A stretch of 42,869 bases of DNA, from positions 1 to 42,869 of the IMG/VR virus record IMGVR_UViG_3300010220_000129, one strand, 5' to 3'. The position numbers and the translations under genes are program-made. The notes under the pieces are model-generated. The model was not told the DNA's origin and did no database searches. It worked only from the letters and a program-made list of their open reading frames with translations. Source of the DNA: a virus (lineage: Duplodnaviria; Caudoviricetes). The first letter of the stretch is position 1. Every line of letters starts with the position of its first letter. Of the stretch, positions 17,910 through 26,586 are shown piece by piece.

Positions 17910-18125
17910 ATGGGTTTCCTGATGCTGTTCTTCGTCCTCTTCGGCCTGGGCGCCCTCTTGGGTCTCGCCTATGTCGGCGTGAAGGCGATCTTTATGACCG
18001 GCAAGGGGCTGCGCTTCGCCGCCAAGGATCTCGCCCGCGTCAATCGCGAGAGCGCAGATCGCGGCCGTGAGCTGGCCGCGAAATGGGAAGCTAAGAGGCA
18101 GCAGCGGCTTCGCGAGCGTCCCTGA
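17910..18125 (+). CDS. Small antisense membrane protein (moron-like)
   Basis: GAGGT RBS, 71 aa, one N-terminal hydrophobic helix then a basic tail. Fills the gap between chaperone and tape measure genes. Confidence 0.7.
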   Translation: MGFLMLFFVLFGLGALLGLAYVGVKAIFMTGKGLRFAAKDLARVNRESADRGRELAAKWEAKRQQRLRERP

Positions 18126-18258
18126 CCGCCTTGGCGTGATCGACCGCCTGCTCGATCCAGTCATAGAGATCGACGAGATCCATCCCGTCCACCTCGGCGG
18201 CCGACCATTTGGTGACGGTGATCAGGGCGAAGGCATCCCCTGGGGTAGGGATTTTCCC
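18091..18258 (-). CDS. -1 frameshift extension of tail chaperone (gpE'/GT-like)
   Basis: In-frame slippery G GGA AAA at 18258-18252. The -1 frame reads IPTPGDAFALITVTKWSAAEVDGMDLVDLYDWIEQAVDHAKAVRDAREAAAAS* and has the W-x3-E-x3-M...W pattern of P2 E'. Confidence 0.8.
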   Translation of the reverse strand, partial: GKIPTPGDAFALITVTKWSAAEVDGMDLVDLYDWIEQAVDHAKAVRDAREAAAAS

Positions 18259-18515
18259 GGCAGGATCGCCATGATCGCGTTCACGTCCTCCATGTCCATC
18301 TCGTCGAGATCCTCGGGCAGCACCGGGGTGCCATCGACGGTGGCGAGGGTGGCGGCCAGCGCCATCGAATAGCCGATCGGGTCCTGGGCGGGGTTCACAT
18401 GGCGCGCAGCCATGCGCATGTCGCGCCCCTTGCCCCGGCGCAGCACGGCGGTCTTGCCCGAGACGGGCAGCGTGACGGTGCGGGCATCCTCGGTGGCGGC
18501 GGTTTTCTCGTTCAT
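18222..18515 (-). CDS. Tail assembly chaperone (gpE/gp41-like)
   Basis: ATG at 18515 (MNEKTAA...), VTLPVSG...EDLDEMDMEDV; between tube and tape measure genes. Confidence 0.8.
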   Translation of the reverse strand: MNEKTAATEDARTVTLPVSGKTAVLRRGKGRDMRMAARHVNPAQDPIGYSMALAATLATVDGTPVLPEDLDEMDMEDVNAIMAILPGKSLPQGMPSP

Positions 18516-18525
18516 GGTCTTTCCT

Positions 18526-18867
18526 TCAGATGAGGTCGGTGAGCAGTTTTCTGGCCAGGGCCCCGGCCAGATCGAAGGACAAGGCAAGGCCCCGGTCCTT
18601 GGCTTCGGTCTTCACGCGCTCCCAGAGTGTCTTCGAGCGCAGGAGCGAGAGGAACTCGTGGCCGCTCCAGGTGAGGCGGGCTGCCAGCAGCACGCCCTGG
18701 CCCCGGGTATAGCCCTCGATCAGGCCCGCCTCATCGAGGAGACGGATATGCCCGACCACGGCATCCTCCGAGAAACCCGGCAGGGTGCCGGGCGCCAGCA
18801 TCGCGCCCGGGTCGAGGGCCTCGCAGCCCTCAAGGATCGCGCGGATGCAGCCCCAGTCCCGGCGCAT
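18526..18867 (-). CDS. DUF2513-like winged-helix protein
   Basis: MRRDWGCIRAIL...HIRLLDEAGLIEG...RLTWSGHEFL...WERVK pattern. Confidence 0.75.
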   Translation of the reverse strand: MRRDWGCIRAILEGCEALDPGAMLAPGTLPGFSEDAVVGHIRLLDEAGLIEGYTRGQGVLLAARLTWSGHEFLSLLRSKTLWERVKTEAKDRGLALSFDLAGALARKLLTDLI

Positions 18868-18868
18868 G

Positions 18869-19393
18869 TCAGCCGCCGATATTGAGGCGGTAGGTGGTCA
18901 GCACGTCATTGCCGGCGACCTTGTAGATGTTCTCCATCACGTCGAACTCGAAGATCTCCTGGTTGTCGATCTCCATCTTCGCGTAATAGACCGACAGGTT
19001 GCTGTCGGGCACGGTGCGGTCATGCTGCTTGAAGGACCCCAGCGGGAAGTCCTTGTAGGCGGCGACGAGCGAGACCAGCACCGGCACCTCGGCCGTGCGG
19101 CCCTGCCCGGTGTAGGTTTCCAGGGACGAGCGGGCCTGAAGGCGCACGGTCTTGAAGGGGTTTGCCGCCTCGCGCAGCACCTCGGAATAGAACGAGGTCC
19201 ACTTGATCTTGCATTCCATCTTGTCCACGCCCGAGAAGAACTCGGCCGTGCCGACCATGCCGAGCGCCTTGTGCTCGGTCATCTTGTGCTTGACCTGCGG
19301 CAGCTCCAGCTCCTCGGCCCGACCGAGCAGGGACTTGCCGTCCATGTACATGTTGACGTTGGTCAGGTGGTTGATGGCGATCTTGTTGCTCAT
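18869..19393 (-). CDS. Major tail tube protein (P2 FII-like)
   Basis: LGRAEELELP...EHKALGMVG...YYAKMEID...EFDVMENIYKVAG; follows the sheath gene. Confidence 0.9.
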   Translation of the reverse strand: MSNKIAINHLTNVNMYMDGKSLLGRAEELELPQVKHKMTEHKALGMVGTAEFFSGVDKMECKIKWTSFYSEVLREAANPFKTVRLQARSSLETYTGQGRTAEVPVLVSLVAAYKDFPLGSFKQHDRTVPDSNLSVYYAKMEIDNQEIFEFDVMENIYKVAGNDVLTTYRLNIGG

Positions 19394-19407
19394 GGGTCAG
19401 GCCCCTC

Positions 19408-20856
19408 TCACTGGCCGCCGAGCTGGTTGAGCAGCTCGATGTTGATGAAGCTCTCGAACGTGATGCGCTCGGCCGGGGTCGGCGGCATGAACTCGATGTC
19501 GAAGACCAGGTGGCCGGCGGCGATCTGGGTGGCCTCGTTCTTGGCCGGATCGTAGCTGCACTTGCCGTCGAGCAGCGCGCCCCGCCCGATCAGCGTGCGG
19601 ATGAAGCTGTTGACGCTCTCGCGGATGTCGTCGATCAGCGCCTGGTTGATCGGGCGATCGAGGAACTGGAGCATCGACAGCTCGACGCTCTCGTGCAGCA
19701 TGTCGGCCACCCGGCGGATCGGGATGAAGTTCTTCGGATGGGTGACCGCAGGCCAGGCGGCCGAGCGGTTGCCCCAGACCCGCAGGCCCGAGCCAAACGA
19801 GTTGAACACCGTCACGATGCCGTTCTCGCCCAGGAGGTTCACATCCGTGGTCGGGTCGTTGATCATCGCGGACAGGCGGCGCTCGACGCCGACGATGCCC
19901 TTGATCTCGTGGTTGGACGGGCTGACCCAATAGCCCTCGTCATTGTCCACGGCACAGATCACGCCCGCCAGGCGCTGACTGTAGGGCTCCAGGCGCTCGG
20001 TATTGGTGGCGAGGTCATAGACCTTGAGATGCGGGTAGCAGAGGACCAGCCGCTCGCTCGACGTGTTGAAGTTGATGGCACCCGAGGGGCCGCGACCGGC
20101 GATGGCCTCAGCCATGGTGGTGCCGATCGGCGCATCGACCAGGGCGATGGCGCGCAGCTTGCCAGCCAGTGCGTCGAGCTCGGCCGTCACCGAGGTCAGC
20201 GTGCCATAGACCGGCGCGATCAGGATCTTCGGCCAGAAGCCCATCTCGGCATAGCAATCGAGGAAGGCCTGAAGCCCGGTGCGGTTGCCCGAGACATCGA
20301 CCGTGCCGATGATCTCGGCCGGCGTCACCTTCGAGGGATCGGCAAAGTCATAGGCGGCCTTGACCGTGGCGCCGGCGGCGATGTCGCCATCCGCGATGCG
20401 GGTCACGATGCCGGTCGCGGGATCGAGCGTGTAATCGGTGCCGGCGACATAGGTGGTGGTGGCGCCCGTATTGGTCAGCACCAGGTCGAAGACGCCCTTG
20501 TGGCCGAGATCCGCCGTGCCGTCCGCCGCGAAGGTCGCATCCTTGGCAGCCTGGGCGGTGACATGGGTCTCGGGGTCGAAGACGTTGACGACGACGACGA
20601 TGCCGCGTCCCTGGTCGAAGATCGCATCGAGCGCCTGGGGGATGGTGTAGCCCTCGATCTGCCCCCCGAAATACCGGGCGGCATCACGGTCGGACTGGAT
20701 CAGCACCGGGGTGTTCATGGTCGCAAGCGAGCCATCAACGGCGAAGATCGGCGCGGTGCCCACGAGGCCCACGACTGCCGTCTTGACGCCGCGAATGGGG
20801 CGCGGGCCCTTGTCGATCTCGATGGTCTCGACGCCATGCAGGAAATTGGCAGCCAT
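19408..20856 (-). CDS. Tail sheath protein
   Basis: FLHGVETIE, YWVSPSN, GLRVWGNR and PPTPAERITF motifs. Confidence 0.95.
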   Translation of the reverse strand: MAANFLHGVETIEIDKGPRPIRGVKTAVVGLVGTAPIFAVDGSLATMNTPVLIQSDRDAARYFGGQIEGYTIPQALDAIFDQGRGIVVVVNVFDPETHVTAQAAKDATFAADGTADLGHKGVFDLVLTNTGATTTYVAGTDYTLDPATGIVTRIADGDIAAGATVKAAYDFADPSKVTPAEIIGTVDVSGNRTGLQAFLDCYAEMGFWPKILIAPVYGTLTSVTAELDALAGKLRAIALVDAPIGTTMAEAIAGRGPSGAINFNTSSERLVLCYPHLKVYDLATNTERLEPYSQRLAGVICAVDNDEGYWVSPSNHEIKGIVGVERRLSAMINDPTTDVNLLGENGIVTVFNSFGSGLRVWGNRSAAWPAVTHPKNFIPIRRVADMLHESVELSMLQFLDRPINQALIDDIRESVNSFIRTLIGRGALLDGKCSYDPAKNEATQIAAGHLVFDIEFMPPTPAERITFESFINIELLNQLGGQ

Positions 20857-21135
20857 TTACTTTCCCTCCTTCTCGCCCGCAGCCGGGCTGTCGGTCTTGG
20901 TCTTGCTCTGGGTGGTGGTGCGGGTGGGCTCGGCCGCCGGGATGGCCTCGGCCGCGGGCTTCGCGGCAGGCTTGGCCGGGGCGGCGACGGGCGTGAGGCG
21001 CTTTTGCGCAACCAGCGTCTGCACCCAGGCATTCCCGTCCGGCAGCGTGATCTCGCGGCCGGGGAACAGGATCACGTCGGTGCCGTCATCGAGCGTGGCA
21101 GCGGACACAGGCCCGCTGTAGAGGAACTTACCCAT
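20857..21135 (-). CDS. Small hypothetical protein preceding sheath
   Basis: MGKFLYSGPVSAATL...; start overlaps the upstream stop; low-complexity Ala/Pro tail. Confidence 0.6.
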   Translation of the reverse strand: MGKFLYSGPVSAATLDDGTDVILFPGREITLPDGNAWVQTLVAQKRLTPVAAPAKPAAKPAAEAIPAAEPTRTTTQSKTKTDSPAAGEKEGK

Positions 21136-21616
21136 TGGGGATCTCCGTGTCGGTGGTGCCGAAGGGATCGGCGGTGTTGACCCGCTTGAGAACGGGCAGG
21201 TCTTCTTCCTCATGGCACTCAACCGTGGGGATCGAGTGCGACATGGTGAGCATGTGGGTCCAGACGCCCTGGCTCTGGTCGATGAACTCGGCGCGCACGG
21301 GGATGAGCTTGCTGCACCCCTCGGTGCGCCAGCCGGTCAGGACCATGCGCACGGCATCGAGCACGTCATAGGCGCCCACATGGCTGCGCAGGTTGCGCGT
21401 CAGGATCGAGATGTCCCATTCGATGCGGCGATCCTGCGCCACGAGAGCGATGTCGCGGGGCTTCGAGTAGACCTCGCGCCCATAGGCCACGAGGACCGCG
21501 CCGGCGGGATGGGTGAGCTTGAAGCTCTCGGGCTTGTCGGGGAAGGCCGCGACATGCAGCTTGTCGAGCGCCGCGTCGAGGCGGGCGACGATCGAGGCTT
21601 CGATTTCGCGGATCAT
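21128..21616 (-). CDS. Mu gp37-like tail terminator / completion protein
   Basis: FPDKP...HPAGAVLVAY...GAYDVLDAVRMVLTGW; neck-gene position. Confidence 0.75.
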   Translation of the reverse strand: MIREIEASIVARLDAALDKLHVAAFPDKPESFKLTHPAGAVLVAYGREVYSKPRDIALVAQDRRIEWDISILTRNLRSHVGAYDVLDAVRMVLTGWRTEGCSKLIPVRAEFIDQSQGVWTHMLTMSHSIPTVECHEEEDLPVLKRVNTADPFGTTDTEIPNG

Positions 21617-22074
21617 GGGCGCACCGCCTCTGCCAGGTGATCGGTCAGGATCTCGCCAATCATGCGGCGATCCTCCTCGCTGATGCCGAGATAGGGACGG
21701 GCCGGGATCGTGACCTTGCGGTTGCGCCCGGCCTTCCCGCCCAGCTGATGGATGCGCGCATAGGCGCGATTGGTGCCGACCGTGGCCTGAAGGCGGCCGG
21801 CGGCGTAGTTGAGCGACTGGTAGAGATGGTTGCGGTGGCGCAGCTTCTTGGCGCTGGCGCCCCGTTTCAGCAGGGTGACCGGCGAATGCGCGGCCCAGGC
21901 CGCCCCATCGGGGCCCGCCTCATCCTCGAAGCGCTCCTCGGTCGTGGTCTGAAGCGCCGAGCCGATCTCGTCGAAGACGGGCTGAAGATTGGCGCTGCGC
22001 TGGATGAGCCGCGTGAGGGCTTCGCGGAAGCCCTCATCCTCGACCCGGACAACGACGCTGACACCTTGCGACAT
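21613..22074 (-). CDS. Phage virion morphogenesis protein (Mu gpG / P2 gpS family)
   Basis: RFEDEAGPDG-W, VGTNRAYARIHQLGG and IPARPYLG motifs. Confidence 0.9.
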   Translation of the reverse strand: MSQGVSVVVRVEDEGFREALTRLIQRSANLQPVFDEIGSALQTTTEERFEDEAGPDGAAWAAHSPVTLLKRGASAKKLRHRNHLYQSLNYAAGRLQATVGTNRAYARIHQLGGKAGRNRKVTIPARPYLGISEEDRRMIGEILTDHLAEAVRP

Positions 22075-22502
22075 CAATACCCCCGCAGCTTGTCACGGCT
22101 GAAGGTGCGCGCAGGCCCCGCCACCAGGGTCGGGCCGCCCGCCGGCGCGACCGTATCCCCGAGCTGGGTCAGGCCGAGGTTGATGTCGCCATTGGCCACC
22201 GCGCGGAGGAACTTGATCGCATCCTCGTAGCGCTGGCGCTGGTCTTCCATCACGTCGATCTGGCGCAGGGATAGCAGCCGGTACATGGCGATGTTGCACG
22301 CCAGAAGCCGCAGCGAGCGCGGAGGCTGCTGGAGAGGCAGCCGGTAGCGCCCCTCCAGATAGCCGTCGATCTCGTCCGAGGCATCTTCCAGGGCGCGATC
22401 GAGCGCCGCGACCTTGATCGCGACAAGATCGGGATCGGTCACCTCGACGAGCTGCTGCTCGGCAAAGCGGTCGATCATGTCCTGGTGGTTGGCATAGGCC
22501 AT
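22074..22502 (-). CDS. Mu gp36-like head-tail adaptor (DUF1320)
   Basis: MAYA...DASDEIDGYLEGRYRLPL...IAMYRL...RYEDAIKFL. Confidence 0.9.
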   Translation of the reverse strand: MAYANHQDMIDRFAEQQLVEVTDPDLVAIKVAALDRALEDASDEIDGYLEGRYRLPLQQPPRSLRLLACNIAMYRLLSLRQIDVMEDQRQRYEDAIKFLRAVANGDINLGLTQLGDTVAPAGGPTLVAGPARTFSRDKLRGY

Positions 22503-22531
22503 GGGTCAGTCCTCGGAGTGCAGGGCGCGCG

Positions 22532-22801
22532 TCACTTCGCGGGCGCGGCGGGCGCGGCCTTGGGGGCCGCTGCCTTCTTGGGGGCGGGCGCCTGATCGGC
22601 GCTGCCTTCGGAAGCCCCTTCAGCCGGGCCGTCGATCTCGACTTCGATCACCACGAGACCGGGCTCGCCCTTCAGCTGGGCGATCTGATCCTTGGTGAGG
22701 CTGTCGAGCGGGTGATCGACGGGGGTGGCGCGGTGCTCGATGCCGGCACGGCGGAAGCCATCGTGGCGGGCGGTGATACGCAGGACCTTGATCTTGGACA
22801 T
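22532..22801 (-). CDS. Mu gp35/HI1506-like small protein
   Basis: RITARHDGFRRAG...LKGEPGLVV; directly after the capsid gene; AGGAG RBS. Confidence 0.78.
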   Translation of the reverse strand: MSKIKVLRITARHDGFRRAGIEHRATPVDHPLDSLTKDQIAQLKGEPGLVVIEVEIDGPAEGASEGSADQAPAPKKAAAPKAAPAAPAK

Positions 22802-22812
22802 CACAGCTCTCC

Positions 22813-23703
22813 TCACAGCCATTCGCAGACGAGCAGCTCAGCGGTGCCGCGGTAGACGTTGGTCGCCCCGGCCGCATCGCGCTCGGCATTGAGAAGTTCG
22901 AGCCCCGCCTCTTCGAGCGAGGGCGGCACGACGAGGAGACGCGGGCGCAGACCCAGCGGCCGGCCATAGTCGCCCTTCATGCCCATGAGCGCCGTGCGCG
23001 CGGCCTTGTAGCCCGCTTTGTTCAGCGTCTGCTTGGAGCCATAGGCGAACTGCCAGAAGCCCAGACCCACGTTCGAGCGCCCATCGACGCCGTAGCGGAA
23101 GGACTTGCGCATGAAGACGTTCTCGTCTTCCTCCTTGTCCTGGCGCACGAAGTTGTAGTCCTTGCGCACCTGGTAGAGGATCGGCTTCAGCGCGCGGCTG
23201 TCGTCGATCAGGAACCAGGCATCGCCCGAGCCGCCGCCGGTGTTCGAGACCGAGGTCACCGCGCCGTTCTCGTCGAGCACCGGGTGATCGGTGTCGAAGA
23301 AATACTGGCCATCGTAGCAGGCGGTCGTGAAGCCCTGGCCCAGCAGGCTGAACACCAGCTGGTTCGGATGCGCGACAGTCGAGCGGCCCATCTCTTCGAA
23401 GAGGGGCGAATAGACGCCGTAGGTGTCATCCTCGATGTCGTCGCGGCTGACTTCGATCGTGCTTTCCCAGGACTTGTTCTTGATCGAATAGTCATGGGTC
23501 TCGATCGACTTGATGACCCGGTCACCGACCCATTCGCGCAGGTTCGGGGTCTGGCCGAGCCAGCCGTATTTCTCCTCGCGGGTGGTCGAGGGGACGCGGG
23601 TGGCCACGCGCTGCCATTGCGGATCGGCCTGGCCGAGACCGCGCTGGAAGGCGGCGCTGTAGCCGGTGAAGAGACGGCCGAGATTGGCCTGATTGAGTAG
23701 CAT
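22813..23703 (-). CDS. Mu-like major capsid protein gpT
   Basis: YGWLGQTPNLREWVGDR, DDIEDD, CYDGQYFFDTDHP, GFWQFAY and LLVVPPSLE motifs. Confidence 0.95.
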   Translation of the reverse strand: MLLNQANLGRLFTGYSAAFQRGLGQADPQWQRVATRVPSTTREEKYGWLGQTPNLREWVGDRVIKSIETHDYSIKNKSWESTIEVSRDDIEDDTYGVYSPLFEEMGRSTVAHPNQLVFSLLGQGFTTACYDGQYFFDTDHPVLDENGAVTSVSNTGGGSGDAWFLIDDSRALKPILYQVRKDYNFVRQDKEEDENVFMRKSFRYGVDGRSNVGLGFWQFAYGSKQTLNKAGYKAARTALMGMKGDYGRPLGLRPRLLVVPPSLEEAGLELLNAERDAAGATNVYRGTAELLVCEWL

Positions 23704-23714
23704 GTGTGGCCTCC

Positions 23715-24122
23715 TTAGCCGATCGAAACCCAGACGCCGTTGCCATCGACATCGACGATGCGGCCCGCCTTCGAGCGGGCGGACGAGCCATTGGTCTTGG
23801 CGACCGTCTGGTCATCGACGATCCAGGCATCGCTGCCGACTTCGGCGAGGGTGATCTCGTCGGCGCCCGCCGAGTTGAAAAACCGGAACACGCCGGCGCG
23901 GACATTGACGCCCACGGCACCGGCAGCGCCGCCGGTATTGTCGGCATGCGCCTCGGCGCGACCCACCGACACGAGGCCGGTGTCGGTCGAGCCGGGTTTC
24001 GCCACGCCCGCGTCAAGCACGACGAGCGAGCCTGCGAAGATCCGGGTGGCGGCGGCGACGGGATAGACGAAGTCCTTGCCCGAGCGCTCGGGCGTGTTGC
24101 GGTCCTTGGTCAGCGCGGCCAT
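23715..24122 (-). CDS. Head decoration / cement-like protein
   Basis: MAALTKDRNTP...IVDDQTVAKT...RSKAGRIVDVDGNGVWV; between protease and capsid genes. Confidence 0.7.
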   Translation of the reverse strand: MAALTKDRNTPERSGKDFVYPVAAATRIFAGSLVVLDAGVAKPGSTDTGLVSVGRAEAHADNTGGAAGAVGVNVRAGVFRFFNSAGADEITLAEVGSDAWIVDDQTVAKTNGSSARSKAGRIVDVDGNGVWVSIG

Positions 24123-25183
24123 CAGGCGGTCTCCTTCTTGCGGCTGGCGGTGAACTCTTCGGGGGTGAGGCCCATGGCGGCGGCAACCGCGATGTCCTCG
24201 GCATCGAGGGCGGCGTCACCGGCGCCCGGCTTCGGGGTGGTCTTGCCGCCCTGGCTCAGGATGGCGGGCTGGCCGTCGAGGAACTGGGCAAAGCCTTCCG
24301 GGTCCTTGGCGTGATAGGCCACGGCCCAGTCGCGGTTGGCGGGCGGCACCTTGCCGGACTTGATGGCCTGATCGACCACCGAGGCCCCGCGCTCTTCCAT
24401 CAGGGTCTTGACCTGGGATTGCAGGCTGGTGACCACCTCGATCGGCGCGAAGCGCTTGGGATCGGGGTTGCCGGCCGCGCCCTGGCCTGCCGCGGTGAAG
24501 GCCGCCTGCACGGCGGTCGCGGTGGCGGCGGGATCGGCGGCCGGGGTCACGCCGGCGGCCGAGGCGATGGCGGTGATCGCGGCCTGCGCGGCGGTCTCGC
24601 GCTCGCCCAGGGCGGCGATGGCCGCCATGATCGCGGCCTGATCGGCATCGGCGGGAAGGCCGAGAGCCTTGGCCAGCGCTTTCAGAAGCTCATCCATGGT
24701 GTCTCCTTCGGACTGAAGCTGGGTGTCCCCGGCGGCGAGAGCCGTCAGGTTGAGGTTGGGATTGTTGGTGAGGCCGGCGCGCAGCACGGCCTTGATCTGC
24801 CCGGCGCGGGTGTGGATGAAGACCGGCGAGATGTAGCGATACTCGCGGGCGGCGATGGCGGCCGCCGCCTTCTCGGTCCATTCGACCTTGCCCCAGATCC
24901 CGTCTGCGCGGGCTTCGAGAGCCTTGATCCAGCCGGCCGCCGGGGCGGTGCCGCCCACGCCCTTCACGGCGGCAAGGTCGGTCTGGTGATCGTAGTCGAT
25001 GACAGCGTCGAGCCCCTCGCGGATCGACGCCGCGACCACGGCCTGCGCATCCTCCAGCACATAGGGGCCGCGGCCATCGCGCCCCGAGGTGCGCCCGGCC
25101 GGGATCAGATGCACCCATTCCGGAGCCTGGCCGCCATCACTGGAGCCAAGCGGCGCGGCATGGGTCGCGATCAGGAAGCGCAT
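24122..25183 (-). CDS. Mu gpI-like head maturation protease, with probable internal-start scaffold (Z) from 24697
   Basis: IDYDHQT, APAAGWI, VEWT, YRYISPVF and GLTNNPNL motifs. Internal GAAGGAGA-N3-ATG (MDELLKALAK) as in Mu I/Z. Confidence 0.92.
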   Translation of the reverse strand: MRFLIATHAAPLGSSDGGQAPEWVHLIPAGRTSGRDGRGPYVLEDAQAVVAASIREGLDAVIDYDHQTDLAAVKGVGGTAPAAGWIKALEARADGIWGKVEWTEKAAAAIAAREYRYISPVFIHTRAGQIKAVLRAGLTNNPNLNLTALAAGDTQLQSEGDTMDELLKALAKALGLPADADQAAIMAAIAALGERETAAQAAITAIASAAGVTPAADPAATATAVQAAFTAAGQGAAGNPDPKRFAPIEVVTSLQSQVKTLMEERGASVVDQAIKSGKVPPANRDWAVAYHAKDPEGFAQFLDGQPAILSQGGKTTPKPGAGDAALDAEDIAVAAAMGLTPEEFTASRKKETA

Positions 25184-25265
25184 TGTCGGTTCTTGCCCTT
25201 TTCGGTGACGAAGCGGCTTGATTGCCGGTCGTTCTTGGGCAAGCTTTAAGGATGCGGGCGGGTGG

Positions 25266-25287
25266 TCCTACCGGGACAGCTGTCCGG
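25266..25287 (-). promoter_or_regulatory. Late-promoter activator site 2 (PI-like)
   Basis: CCGGACAGCTGTCCCGGTAGGA on - strand in the F-I intergenic region. Confidence 0.72.
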
Positions 25288-25485
25288 CCCGATCCTCCCC
25301 TTCATCGTGGAAATGGCAGGCGCAGGGGGCGAGGCCTTCCCCGCATCGCCGCAGACCCCCCTTAAACGCGTTTAACAGACGTTTAAGAACTTGGCGCGGC
25401 TCACGGGTGCCGAAACCCGCCTTGGCCCCTCCACGGCCCGCTCAGAGCCTCTGCGCGAAACTGGCACCCAGCACCCCGAAAGAGG

Positions 25486-26586
25486 TCAGGCGCCATCGCG
25501 ACGAAGGTCACGCAGGACGATGCGGCCCTCGACCTCTTCGGCCTCGACGCGCAACCCGTCGCCCGAGAGCGTGACGGTGCTCTCCTGGCGATCCGGGGTG
25601 GCCGTATCGATCAGCGATTGCACCTGGTGCCAATCCTCGGCCGTGGCGCTCTCGGCCAGGCGCCGGGCGGTGTCGGGCGGCAGGGTCACGGTGGGCAGGC
25701 TGGCGCCCAGGCGATCACCGCCGGTGGCGACAGGAAAGCCGGCGCGGCCCGAACCCGGCGAGCGCAGAAAGCTGTCGAAGGCGGGGCTTGTGGTCATCTC
25801 GCGCAGGGTGGCGCGGGCAAGGTCCCCGCTGGCCGCGTCGATCTTGGCGGTGGCGGTGGCGCGCAGATGGTCCATGTTGGCGCGCCCGACATTATAGTCG
25901 AAGCCGGGATCGATGCCGCGCGGGATCTCGCGCACCTCACCCGTCCGCTGGTTGACCCAGCGCCGTGTCGGCAGGACCGGGGCGTCCGAGGGCGTGAGGC
26001 CGCGCCGGGCAAGGTCGCGGTCTCCGAGCTGCTGCACCGTGCATCGGCAGTTCCAGCCATTGGGCGGGGCGCATTGCCCCCACCAGGGATCGTCCCAGCG
26101 CAGCACGGTATCATGCCAGGCGCGGTGCAGATCGCGGGTGCGGTCATCGAGGACAGCGACATAGCGCAGCCAGGGCCGGCGCTCCGCCACGCGCTCGATG
26201 CGCTCCCAGCGGCCGGCGGCATGGGCCATGCGCAGGTTGGTGTCATAGATGATGCGCAGCCGGCGGGGCGAGCCGAGCTGCACGTCGCGGGTCTCGCCGG
26301 TCAGGGGATCGGTCATCGCCTGGCGCCCCCACCAGCCACGCTCCTGCAAGAGCGGTGTCAGCCGGCGCTGGAACTCCTGAAGCGTGATGCCCTCCGCGAT
26401 TGCCGCATCCACGGCCGCGCGGATCTCGCCCAGAAGATCGAGGCAGGCAACCTTCGCCACGGTGAAGGCGCGGGAATGCTCCTCGCGCTGGGTGTCGCGC
26501 CAATCGAAGCCGATCTCGAAGCCCTTGCGGCGGAAGGCCTCGACCGCCTCTTCCGGCGGCTGGGCGGTGAGCTCAATCTCCGCCAA
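25486..26586 (-). CDS. Mu gpF-like head morphogenesis protein
   Basis: AFTVAK, GSPRRLRIIYDTN, DDRTRDLH and PPNGWNCRC motifs. TTG start after GGAGG. Confidence 0.92.
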   Translation of the reverse strand: MAEIELTAQPPEEAVEAFRRKGFEIGFDWRDTQREEHSRAFTVAKVACLDLLGEIRAAVDAAIAEGITLQEFQRRLTPLLQERGWWGRQAMTDPLTGETRDVQLGSPRRLRIIYDTNLRMAHAAGRWERIERVAERRPWLRYVAVLDDRTRDLHRAWHDTVLRWDDPWWGQCAPPNGWNCRCTVQQLGDRDLARRGLTPSDAPVLPTRRWVNQRTGEVREIPRGIDPGFDYNVGRANMDHLRATATAKIDAASGDLARATLREMTTSPAFDSFLRSPGSGRAGFPVATGGDRLGASLPTVTLPPDTARRLAESATAEDWHQVQSLIDTATPDRQESTVTLSGDGLRVEAEEVEGRIVLRDLRRDGA

